A program made the position numbers and the translations under genes. A stretch of 57,654 bases of DNA from Bacteroidales bacterium. GTDB lineage: Bacteria; Bacteroidota; Bacteroidia; Bacteroidales; B18-G4. Below, in pieces: positions 17,848 to 27,300 of this stretch (positions within the stretch are counted from its first letter, which is position 1; every line of letters begins with the position of its first letter). Under the pieces are notes generated by a model. That model was not told the DNA's origin and made no database searches. It saw only the letters and a list, made by a program, of their open reading frames with translations. The stretch lies in contig JAZBOU010000178.1 of assembly GCA_036351275.1 (NCBI GenBank), positions 1-57,654 of the forward strand. The letters run 5' to 3'.

Positions 17848-19092
17848 ATGGCTAAAAATAAATCTAAAACCAAACTCTGGGATTTTCCCTGGGGATACCG
17901 CGAAAGTTTCCTGATAGCTGTTTTCATGCTTCTGACGGGATTCGTGATCGAATTGTTTACGGGTGGCGGAGTCAGCATGCCAACATGGCCTGTTAATATT
18001 GCTATCATCCTTGTATTTATCATTTACTTCATACTGGTACACCATTTTATCAAGCATCCTCTTGTAACATGGTTGTCGAGTGTTCCTGCTGCCATTGCCT
18101 CCATCAGTGTATTTACCCTGATGGTCCTTTTTATGGGATTTATCCCTCAGGGAACCCATCAGGAAGCAGACCTGCTCGAAAAGTTGGGACTGCGACAGAT
18201 AACCAGCAGCTGGCCCTATTTGCTTACGGCTGTCTTCCTGCTTGTTGTTCTTGGGTTTACGATAGTGCGCCGATTCAATTCCTATTCCCTGAAGAATATT
18301 GCATTCCTCTTGAATCACAGCGGCCTTTGGATCGTGGTTGTGGCTGCATCTCTGGGTTCATCCGACATGTGGCGCTTGAGCATGCAGCTTGAGACCAAAC
18401 ATCCTGTTACAACTGCTTACGATGCTCGCGGACAGGCCTACAATATGGGATTTGGAATGCTCCTGCTTGATTTTAATATAGAGGAATATGATCCGCAGGT
18501 TGGACTTATGCGAAATGCTGATTATACACTTCAGCTTGAAAAAGGAGGAAAACTGGCCACGGTCATTGAAGGTGGAACGGGAATGCTTGAAAACTATGAG
18601 CTGACATTCCAGAGATACATCGACAATGCCCATAAATTTGGGGAGGTTTATGATACCTCATCCATGCCAGGCGGATCGCATGCCGTATATATCATCGCTA
18701 AAGACCAGAATACCGGTCAGACTGTGGAAGGCTGGGTCTCTGACGGCAGTATAGATACCTCTCCCAGTTTCCTGAGGCTAAATTCCGAACTGTCGGTAGC
18801 CATGACAAATGTACGGCCCAAAAAATTCTCATCTGACATCCGCGTTTACACATCTATGGAAGAATTTGAAGATTTTCGCATAGAGGTGAACAAACCGGTG
18901 AACGTTCAGGGCTGGAAGATATATCAGACCGGCTATGATGAAATAATGGGACGATGGTCGAATAAGAGCATTATTGAACTCGTGCGTGACCCCTGGTTAC
19001 CTGTTGTGTACACCGGAATATTTATGATATTGATTGGGACCCTCTACCTGCTCTGGATGGGAAAAGGCCGAACTAAAAAGAAAGAACTATGA
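17848..19092 (+). CDS. ccsB: System II cytochrome c biogenesis protein CcsB/ResB-like
   Basis: 414 aa. N-terminal TM helices, a large soluble loop and a C-terminal TM. The stop overlaps the ccsA start (ATGA at 19089-19092). Confidence 0.7.
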   Translation: MAKNKSKTKLWDFPWGYRESFLIAVFMLLTGFVIELFTGGGVSMPTWPVNIAIILVFIIYFILVHHFIKHPLVTWLSSVPAAIASISVFTLMVLFMGFIPQGTHQEADLLEKLGLRQITSSWPYLLTAVFLLVVLGFTIVRRFNSYSLKNIAFLLNHSGLWIVVVAASLGSSDMWRLSMQLETKHPVTTAYDARGQAYNMGFGMLLLDFNIEEYDPQVGLMRNADYTLQLEKGGKLATVIEGGTGMLENYELTFQRYIDNAHKFGEVYDTSSMPGGSHAVYIIAKDQNTGQTVEGWVSDGSIDTSPSFLRLNSELSVAMTNVRPKKFSSDIRVYTSMEEFEDFRIEVNKPVNVQGWKIYQTGYDEIMGRWSNKSIIELVRDPWLPVVYTGIFMILIGTLYLLWMGKGRTKKKEL

Positions 19093-19886
19093 CCTGGTTA
19101 GATTATCCTACATATTTGCTGATGACCACCGTATTCTGGTCGCTTGCCCTGATCATGCTCCTCACACCCAGGAAGTCGATCTTCAGAAAGCTCATCGGTT
19201 TGTTCCTTATCATTGGCTGGGCAGCTATTCTGACTTTTACCATAAGCCTGTGGGTAAGCCTTGAACGGCCTCCTTTCAGAACCCTGGCGGAGACACGGTT
19301 ATGGTATGGTGTGTTCATATCTACCATTGGGATCGTGCTATACTACCGCTGGAAGCTCCCGCTCATGCTGGCCTACACTATTCTGATGGCTATACTTTTC
19401 CTTTTCCTGAACTACCTCAATCCCGATACATTCGATAAAACGCTGATGCCGGCACTGCAAAGCCCCTGGTTTATCCCTCATGTTGTGGTTTACATTGTGG
19501 GGTATGCCTTCCTTGGTTTCTCATCCCTGATCGGTGTGTGGGGCCTATATAAACATTACCGTGGAGAAAATACCGATAAGGTTATGCTTATGGCCGATAA
19601 CATCGTATATATCGGTTTTGCATTCCTGACTTTTGGATTGTTGTTTGGCGCACTCTGGGCCAAGGAAGCCTGGGGACATTACTGGACCTGGGATCCGAAG
19701 GAAACCTGGGCCTTTCTTACATGGCTGGCCTATCTGTTGTATATCCATTACAGGATCAGAAAACGGCAATCGCATAAAACTGCCCTCTGGATCGTAGCAC
19801 TGGCATTCGTTATACTGCTGATCTGCTGGTTCGGGATCAACTACCTGCCTTCGGCACAGTCAAGCGTACACACTTATTCTTCATGA
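19089..19886 (+). CDS. ccsA: System II cytochrome c biogenesis haem-handling protein CcsA/ResC
   Basis: 265 aa. Trp-rich WWD-type motif WGHYWTWDPKETWAFLTWL and flanking conserved His residues. Confidence 0.9.
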   Translation: MTWLDYPTYLLMTTVFWSLALIMLLTPRKSIFRKLIGLFLIIGWAAILTFTISLWVSLERPPFRTLAETRLWYGVFISTIGIVLYYRWKLPLMLAYTILMAILFLFLNYLNPDTFDKTLMPALQSPWFIPHVVVYIVGYAFLGFSSLIGVWGLYKHYRGENTDKVMLMADNIVYIGFAFLTFGLLFGALWAKEAWGHYWTWDPKETWAFLTWLAYLLYIHYRIRKRQSHKTALWIVALAFVILLICWFGINYLPSAQSSVHTYSS

Positions 19887-19978
19887 TCATTTAACGCTTA
19901 ATCATGTAGCGTTTAACATTGTTGTCCCGGATAACCGATAAACGTTAAACGTTTCAATGATATACGATAAATGAAAAA

Positions 19979-20875
19979 CTACGGTTCTCTCTTCGGCTTT
20001 TTAATCGTAAATGCACGGGTAATGTTAAAGCCGATGCGGATATCGCCATTGGCCCATGAACCCGTTGTTCTGGGAATATAATACTCTTCAATGGCACCTC
20101 GCCCGTTGGTGGCAAATATCTGGAAAATATGTCCGCCGGTCTCAATATCAAAGCCTATTGTCAGGGGGTTATGGAAATCATCTGCCGTTTGACCCGGCAA
20201 GAGGTAATAATACTCAGCATTTATGGACACCCTGTTTGATATTTTTATCCTCCCGCCTATACCGATCGAGAATACGTCGTTTTGATCTATCTCCCTTTCC
20301 ACCAGGTTACGGTGAATAAAGGTGGGCATCAATTGCAGTGAAAACGCATTGCTGAACTTGCGTGCGATCAGCAGCTGATGGGCAAATGACATTCTCGAAG
20401 TAAAATAATTCTTTCTGTCCGGGTCCTGCCACTTCAATGAATTTATGGCCATACTTCCGAAGTAGGAAACTGAAATGGGCATTTTGCGGAGTCCGGTAGA
20501 CTGGCGTAACAATTTAAGCTTGGTGAAGCCGTCGAAGGTTTTGTCGAGGGTACTCCTGCCAATGCCAAGGGCAATCCAGTCATTTACACCGTATTCAAAT
20601 CCAATGCGGGTTGTTGCCTGGTCGAGCCCGAAAAATTCGTATGCTCCCTGGTTGACTGTACCAAAATGATGTGAGACAACGAAGATAAGATTCCCGTTGG
20701 GTGGATTTTCGATGGATTGCCCGATGCAGATCCGTGTGGTCTTGAATGTGGCATAGGTATATTCTGTTGTGGGTTCTTCTTCCCCGAACAGTTCCATCAG
20801 GTCATCCTGGGATGTAACCCGCGCCGAGGCTGCCATCAGTGCAGCCAGGCACAGGAATACGTATTTTTTGATCAT
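19979..20875 (-). CDS. Outer-membrane beta-barrel protein, paralogue of 11579-12445 (DUF5777-like)
   Basis: 298 aa with a signal peptide. Shares LIFVVSHHFG, LLIARKFS, HIFQIFATN and WANGDIRIGFNITRAF blocks with the first barrel. Confidence 0.7.
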   Translation of the reverse strand: MIKKYVFLCLAALMAASARVTSQDDLMELFGEEEPTTEYTYATFKTTRICIGQSIENPPNGNLIFVVSHHFGTVNQGAYEFFGLDQATTRIGFEYGVNDWIALGIGRSTLDKTFDGFTKLKLLRQSTGLRKMPISVSYFGSMAINSLKWQDPDRKNYFTSRMSFAHQLLIARKFSNAFSLQLMPTFIHRNLVEREIDQNDVFSIGIGGRIKISNRVSINAEYYYLLPGQTADDFHNPLTIGFDIETGGHIFQIFATNGRGAIEEYYIPRTTGSWANGDIRIGFNITRAFTIKKPKREP

Positions 20876-20881
20876 ATGAGG

Positions 20882-21436
20882 TTATGGTTTAACCTCCTCC
20901 AGCATTATATCAACTGTTACTTCAATGCTTTCGGAGATTTGTTTTCTCACAGCTCCGGGCACTTTGATGTCATAATCTTCAAGCAGTACGTTGAAAACGC
21001 TTAGCCCCTGTATCGTTCCTCCAGCAACAGTGAAGCTGCCTTTCTCATCAACTTCATTGGTAACACCGTGTATGGTGAGTTCGCCCTTCACGGAAGCGTC
21101 ATACGTACCATTTTTAGAAAAATCGATGTTTGCAGCATTGCTTACTTTCCCGCGAAACATGGCATTGGGGAATTTGTCCGATTCCATGTAATTCTCGTTA
21201 AAATGCTCCTGCATCAACGCCTTCTCAAATTCAAACGACTTGATCAGCACCTTAAAAACCAGGTCGCCCGTTTCAGGATTAAGTGCAGCATTCACTGCAT
21301 GGTTGTGTGCCTCGATCGTTTCAATAGGGGTTTCTGAATAGAACTTGATGTGGCCTGTTTTGGTAACATAGTTCTGTGCAAGCACGGCTGTTGTAAGCAA
21401 CAGGCTGATCGTTAAACCACTAATTATTCTTTTCAT
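20882..21436 (-). CDS. YceI family periplasmic protein
   Basis: The ATG at 21436 gives the signal peptide MKRIISGLTISLLLTTAVLAQ. YceI-like KTGHIKFYSETPIETIEAHN...DKFPNAMFRGKV. Confidence 0.85.
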   Translation of the reverse strand: MKRIISGLTISLLLTTAVLAQNYVTKTGHIKFYSETPIETIEAHNHAVNAALNPETGDLVFKVLIKSFEFEKALMQEHFNENYMESDKFPNAMFRGKVSNAANIDFSKNGTYDASVKGELTIHGVTNEVDEKGSFTVAGGTIQGLSVFNVLLEDYDIKVPGAVRKQISESIEVTVDIMLEEVKP

Positions 21437-21492
21437 GTTTTGTTGTGTTTTAATGAATATTTCATTAGTAACACTTAACCCCTGCATATAGT

Positions 21493-21933
21493 TTACTTAT
21501 CGCCAACTATCGAGCCTTTTTCAATGATAACATCTGTGTCGTTGTATCCGGTGCAATAGCCTTTCACAATGACCATATCGCCCGGTCCTACAGCTCTTAA
21601 ACCTTCCCAGTGATTCGGAAGCATTACACAACGTATTCCCTCATCACCAAACATGCCCTGGTCAAAAACAAACACAGCGGTCATAATGGAATCGGCAAAC
21701 TCAACTTTATCGAGGTTCCCGTTAATCTGCACGACCATGCCCGTATACAGGCTGTCTGCCAGGGATTTATTGTTCTTAAACTTGTTATAAAGCTGTTCAG
21801 CTGTCAACGTATGGTCGGGTTCAGCTTTCTCAAAATCCCTGTGGGGTTTATTATATATAAAGAACCAGACATACAGCGCTGCCAGGATCCCGATCACGAT
21901 CAGGGCGGCAAATATTTTCATCCATTTTTTCAT
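21493..21933 (-). CDS. Membrane-anchored OB-fold (tRNA_anti-like) protein
   Basis: 146 aa. N-terminal anchor MKKWMKIFAALIVIGILAALYVWFFIYNKPHRD followed by a small beta-rich domain typical of this family. Confidence 0.55.
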   Translation of the reverse strand: MKKWMKIFAALIVIGILAALYVWFFIYNKPHRDFEKAEPDHTLTAEQLYNKFKNNKSLADSLYTGMVVQINGNLDKVEFADSIMTAVFVFDQGMFGDEGIRCVMLPNHWEGLRAVGPGDMVIVKGYCTGYNDTDVIIEKGSIVGDK

Positions 21934-21971
21934 ATCACTTAAAATATAAATTTCATATACAGAATTTCAAA

Positions 21972-22376
21972 TTAATTGTCAGGCGTTCCCTGATCTATCC
22001 ATGCTTTAATCTGGTTGATCGTACAATCAGAGAGCTTACTGCCGCCTTTTGGCATAGGCGAATTACCGGAGGCATGACTTATCGTTCCATACAGGCTTCC
22101 ATAATTACCCGCACCGATGGCTGCCGCTGTTGCAACATCGCTGTAGTTTTCCAGGCTGACATTTCCCGAAGGGGATGATCCGCTGTGACAGCCGGTGCAT
22201 GAGGCATTGATCACAGGCCATACATCACCGGCAAATGACATATTTTCTGTGGTACATTCTGCCGATGCCGGGTAGAGGGTTTCCTCATTATCGTAATAGC
22301 ATCCTGACATTGCCGTAGCTAATACCATAAGTATCAGTATTACAGTAAGTTTTTTCACTCTATTGTGGTGTTCCAT
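21972..22376 (-). CDS. Lipoprotein with one PSCyt1-like CxxCH domain
   Basis: 134 aa, lipobox AMSGC. FAGDVWPVINASCTGCHSGSSPSGNVSLENY...SPMPKGGSKLSDCTINQIKAWIDQGTP. Confidence 0.65.
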   Translation of the reverse strand: MEHHNRVKKLTVILILMVLATAMSGCYYDNEETLYPASAECTTENMSFAGDVWPVINASCTGCHSGSSPSGNVSLENYSDVATAAAIGAGNYGSLYGTISHASGNSPMPKGGSKLSDCTINQIKAWIDQGTPDN

Positions 22377-23334
22377 TGTTTATCCAGATTTGAAGTTGAA
22401 GGATCTTGCAATCCGATAGTTTTGCAGCATTCTTAGGCATGGGCGGGTATCCGGCTTCATGGTTCACCACTCCCATCAGACGCCCATCACTGGCAACCGC
22501 AGCAACATTATTGTATCCTTCCAGGCTCAGGCCGCCAAGCGGGTTGTTATCGTTGTGACAGCCAAGGCAATGTTTCTGAATAATGCCGCTCACCGGCGAG
22601 GTATACGTAATATTGGTCGTATCACAATCCTCATCGTCGCAAAACAGGTTTTGGGCACCCTGTGCGATCCAGGTGTACATAATGTCAATGTTTTCCTGGG
22701 GCCAGGGATCCAGCGGTGGCGGAGGCATGCGTTTGTCGGGATCGTCATCAATTACATTCTCATAGATATCCGATCCTGCAGGATCGAATGGCTTTACGTC
22801 GGCAGTTGCCATTACAGATGCGTAATCTGTTAAGCGAACACCATCCTGCATGCTAATGGCATCATGGCATCCGGGTTGCGCACATGAACTTTGCAAAAGG
22901 GGTAGCAGATCTCTTTCGAAATATACTGTATCGGGATCACAGGGATTCCCTGGTTCGGTGAATGTTGTATCATTCACCCATATGGTGATCTTACGAATAT
23001 TACAATCACTTAATTTATCCCCGTCTTTTGGCATGGGCGAATATCCGGGATCACGATTGATGGATCCCAGTAATTGCCCGCTCTGTGCAAGGAATGCAAC
23101 CGTTTCATAATCCGTTAGGTCGATCCCGCCTTCAGGTGCAGCACCGCTGTGGCAGAAAATACAATACTGGTCAAAAATGGGGTAAACATCTCCGTTATAC
23201 GTAACATTTAATGTATCACAGGGTTCAGGAGTGGGTGGAGTCGGACCGGCGATTTCCTCCGGCTCATGCTCGCATGACCAGGTTAAGTAAAAAACCAGGA
23301 ATGCCATGCTTGTGACAGCCAAAAGTCTTTTCAT
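22360..23334 (-). CDS. Lipoprotein with three PSCyt1-like domains (CIFCH, CAQPGCH, CLGCH)
   Basis: The ATG at 23334 gives MKRLLAVTSMAFLVFYLTWSC (lipobox). The track start at 23358 lies only 6 nt from the -7 box. Three about 100-aa repeats each end in ..LSDC.I..I..W...G. Confidence 0.65.
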   Translation of the reverse strand: MKRLLAVTSMAFLVFYLTWSCEHEPEEIAGPTPPTPEPCDTLNVTYNGDVYPIFDQYCIFCHSGAAPEGGIDLTDYETVAFLAQSGQLLGSINRDPGYSPMPKDGDKLSDCNIRKITIWVNDTTFTEPGNPCDPDTVYFERDLLPLLQSSCAQPGCHDAISMQDGVRLTDYASVMATADVKPFDPAGSDIYENVIDDDPDKRMPPPPLDPWPQENIDIMYTWIAQGAQNLFCDDEDCDTTNITYTSPVSGIIQKHCLGCHNDNNPLGGLSLEGYNNVAAVASDGRLMGVVNHEAGYPPMPKNAAKLSDCKILQLQIWINNGTPQ

Positions 23335-23363
23335 TTCATTTGACGTTATTTTAATCATACATT

Positions 23364-23371
23364 CAAATATA
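23364..23371 (-). promoter_or_regulatory. Bacteroidota -7 box (TATATTTG on minus strand)
   Basis: caaatata on the + strand, 30 nt upstream of the ATG at 23334. Confidence 0.45.
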
Positions 23372-23464
23372 ATATTTTACACTCTCTCAACCAACATATT
23401 TCGCTTATTTAGAAAAATCTCTAAAAACAATAGTGATATTATTGCGCTTTATAATAAAAGTATC

Positions 23465-23472
23465 TACATTTG
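23465..23472 (+). promoter_or_regulatory. Bacteroidota -7 box TACATTTG
   Basis: Matches TAnnTTTG, 20 nt upstream of the ATG at 23492. Confidence 0.45.
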
Positions 23473-23491
23473 TCGGATAACTATTTATACT

Positions 23492-24253
23492 ATGAAAGTA
23501 AAACACTTTATGTACCTGCTTACATTTCTTTTCATGACCGTTTTTGCATGGTCATGCGAAGACGATGCGCAAATCCCGGAAAACAAGGCAAAAAACCCTG
23601 TTATTGCAAATTCAATCAAAACCGACAGCCTTGCACCCTGTATCACCGAATGTCTGATGTCGCTTGAGTACCAGGAGATCAGTCCAGAAGAAGAGGCCCA
23701 CCTGATCATGATGCGGGAAGAGGAACTTATGGCTCAGGAGGTTTATGAGTATCTGTATTCACTATACAATATACCGGTTTTCAATAATATTTCCAGATCC
23801 GAGAATACCCATACGCTTACCGTTAAGGTTCTTCTTGACAAATATAACATACCAGACCCTGCTTTGGGTCACGAAGTGGGCGTATTCCACGACCAGGAAA
23901 TACAGGAACTATATAACAACCTGACATGGCAGGGAAGCCAGTCTTTTCTTGATGCCCTGATCGTTGGTATTACCATTGAAGACCTTGACATATACGACCT
24001 TGAAGTTTGTCTCGGAGATGTGGATAATACTGATATTGATCTGGTATTCACCAAGCTTTCCAAAGGGTCCCGAAATCATATGAGAGCATTCTACGGGCAT
24101 CTTGATAACCAGGGCTTTACATATACTCCCCAATACATCACACAGGCATATTTCGATGATATCGTCAATTCCCCCTGGGAGACGGGGAACGGCATATGTC
24201 AAAGCTGTCAGATGCTAAAAAGGGCCGAAGGGGACCCTGCCGGAATTAAATAA
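23492..24253 (+). CDS. Ferritin-like DUF2202 lipoprotein
   Basis: The internal ATG at 23492 gives MKVKHFMYLLTFLFMTVFAWSC. EEEAHLIMMREEELMAQEVYEYLY...SENTH is typical of DUF2202. Confidence 0.65.
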   Translation: MKVKHFMYLLTFLFMTVFAWSCEDDAQIPENKAKNPVIANSIKTDSLAPCITECLMSLEYQEISPEEEAHLIMMREEELMAQEVYEYLYSLYNIPVFNNISRSENTHTLTVKVLLDKYNIPDPALGHEVGVFHDQEIQELYNNLTWQGSQSFLDALIVGITIEDLDIYDLEVCLGDVDNTDIDLVFTKLSKGSRNHMRAFYGHLDNQGFTYTPQYITQAYFDDIVNSPWETGNGICQSCQMLKRAEGDPAGIK

Positions 24254-24314
24254 GCCGTTTTCATAAACCCGATTTTATGTATACCTTTAAGGTCATTTCA
24301 TACGTAGAGGGATT

Positions 24315-27300
24315 ATGATCAACCGAATTATTAACTTTTCGTTACAAAACAGGCTTATTATCGGCCTGCTCACCCTGGCCATGATTGCCTGGGGCATTTA
24401 TAATTTCACCATTCTTCCGATCGACGCTGTTCCTGACATTACCGACAACCAGGTGCAGGTGATCACGGTTTCGCCCTCGCTTGCTCCGCAGGAAGTGGAA
24501 CAGTTCATCACTTTTCCTGTTGAAATTGCCATGGCCAACATCCAGGATGTCAAGGAGATCAGGTCTATTTCCCGTTTTGGATTATCCGTGGTAACGATCG
24601 TCTTTAAAGACAGGCTTGACCCCTACCTTGCCCGCCAGCTCGTCAGTGAACAGATCAAGATCGCTGAAGGAGAGATACCGGAAGGGTATGGTAAACCGGA
24701 AATGATGCCCATAACCACCGGGCTGGGTGAAATATACCAGTACGTACTTGTCCCCGAACCCGGCTTTGAACATATGTACGATCCGATGACCATACGCACC
24801 ATACAGGACTGGATTGTAAAAAGACAGTTATCAGGCATTCCGGGTATCGTGGAAATCAGCAGCTTTGGCGGCTTTATCAAACAATATGAGGTGTCGATCC
24901 AGCCCAGAACCCTGATCGGCATGGATGTCAGTATCACGGAGATCTTCGATGCCCTGGAACAAAATAATCAGAATTCAGGCGGGAGCTATATTGAAAAAGG
25001 CCCGGATGTGTATTATATCCGTGCCGAAGGACTGGTAGAGGATATTGAGGACATTAAAAACATCGTGATCAAGAATATCGGGGGCAATCCCATACTCATA
25101 GGGGATGTTGCAGATGTGAGGATCGGAGCTCCTCCACGATTCGGTGCCATGACAAAAGATGGCAAGGGGGAAGCTGTGGGGGGGATCACCCTTATGCTGA
25201 AAGGGGCAAATTCCTCCGGGGTGATCAGCGACGTAAAAGAACGTATAGAGGCTGTTCAGAAAAGTCTGCCCAGGGGTTTGGAGATCCATCCTTATCTCGA
25301 CCGGTCCAAACTTATTTCCAAGACCATAAAAACGGTACGAAATAACCTGGTTGAGGGAGGCCTGATCGTGATCTTTGTGCTGATCCTCCTGCTAGGCAAC
25401 TACAGGGCGGGCCTGATCGTGGCTTCAGTAATTCCCTTATCCATGCTGTTTGCGTTCTCCATGATGAACCTTTTCGGCGTTTCGGCTAATCTTATGAGCT
25501 TAGGTGCCATCGATTTCGGATTGATCGTGGATGGTTCGGTTATTGTGGTGGAGGGGATCATATACCAGATCCATAAAAGTGGATTAAAAGGAAAGATATC
25601 GCGCAGCGAACTCGACCGTAATATCAGCATCGCCGGGCAACGGGTTAGCAAGTCAGCAGTATTTGGTGTCATCATCATCCTCATCGTGTATATTCCCATC
25701 CTGGCTTTCACGGGTATTGAAGGTAAGATGTTCAAGCCCATGGCACAAACAGTAAGTTTTGCCTTACTCGGGGCGCTGATCCTGTCTCTGACCTATGTGC
25801 CGGTTATGGCTTCCATTACACTGGGCAACGCAAGTTCACTTAAAACTACCTTTGCCGACCGCATTGTAGGTTTCCTTGAAAAATCACACCGTCCTGTACT
25901 GTTGTTTGCCCTTCGCCACAAGATGACATTTATGGCCATCGTTTTAGGGATACTGGCGATCAGCATCTGGAAATTCACCCGAATGGGTGGCGAATTCATA
26001 CCCACACTTGAAGAAGGCGATATTGCAGCCCAGATGACCCTGCAGCCCGGGTCCTCATTGAGTCAGAGCATTGCATCCAGTACCGAGGCCGAAAAAATAT
26101 TGCTTAAAAATTTCCCGGAAGTGGTGGAAGTGGTTTCCAAGATCGGAACTGCTGAAGTACCTACTGATCCCATGGCCGTAGAAGACGCCGACATTATGAT
26201 CGTCATGAAGCCCAAATCGGAATGGGTGAGTGCTAAAACCCGGGAGGAACTTACCGAAAAAATGAAAGAGGCATTGAGCGTGCTTCCGGGTATATCATTT
26301 GAGTTCACCCAGCCCATTCAACTGCGATTCAATGAGCTGATGACCGGAGTGAAATCGGATGTAGCTGTTAAGATCTATGGCGAAGACCTCGACCTCTTGT
26401 ATTCAAAGGCCACTGAGGCAGCATCTATCATTGAAGGCATCGAAGGTGCAGGCGATGTAAGGGTAGAGCAAATCGTGGGGCTGCCACAACTCGTGATCAA
26501 TTACAAAAGAGATAAGATAGCCCGCTATGGGCTGAACATTCACGAAGTAAACCGGATCATCCGAACAGCTTTTGCGGGTGAAACGGCCGGTATGGTATTT
26601 GAGGGGGAGAAGCGCTTCGACCTTGTGGTTCGATTGTGTGAAGAATGCCGAAGCAACCTGCAAAGCCTGAGCAACCTTCGCGTAAGCAATCCTTCCGAAG
26701 AGCTGATCCTGCTCAACCAGGTCGCCGACATCAGCATCAATGAAGGGCCCATGCAGATCAGCCGCGACAATACCAGCCGAAGGATCACAATAGGCATAAA
26801 TGTCAGGAACCGGGATGTTGAATCCTTCATATCCGAGGTCAATGAAAAGCTGGATACTCAATTTGAGCTGCCCGCCGGGTATTACCTGACCTACGGTGGT
26901 CAGTTTGAAAACCTGCAGGCCGCAAGGAGGAGTTCTTCCATTGCAGTTCCCATTTCATTGGTCGTTATATTGATACTCCTGTATTTTGCCTTTTATTCCC
27001 TGAAGCATGCCTTGATGATATTCACCGCAATTCCGCTTGCCGCAGTGGGGGGTATATGGGCCCTTGTCCTGAGAGGAATGCCTTTCAGTATCTCAGCCGG
27101 AGTGGGATTCATTGCCCTCTTTGGTGTTGCCGTGCTAAACGGAATTGTCTTGATCTCCTACTACAAACAATTAAAAAGTGAAGGCATGTCAGATATACTT
27201 GAGCGGGTGCTTACCGGTACCAGGACCAGGCTGAGGCCAGTCCTGATGACTGCTTCTGTTGCAGCCCTCGGATTTGTTCCCATGGCATTGTCTACAGCAG

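Noticed and set aside
23306-23491. A 62-codon upstream extension of the DUF2202 ORF, overlapping the divergent cytochrome-repeat gene start.
   Set aside because: A TACATTTG -7 box lies inside the extension at 23465-23472. The ATG at 23492 gives a lipoprotein signal peptide, and the extension is low-complexity Ile/Phe/Asn.
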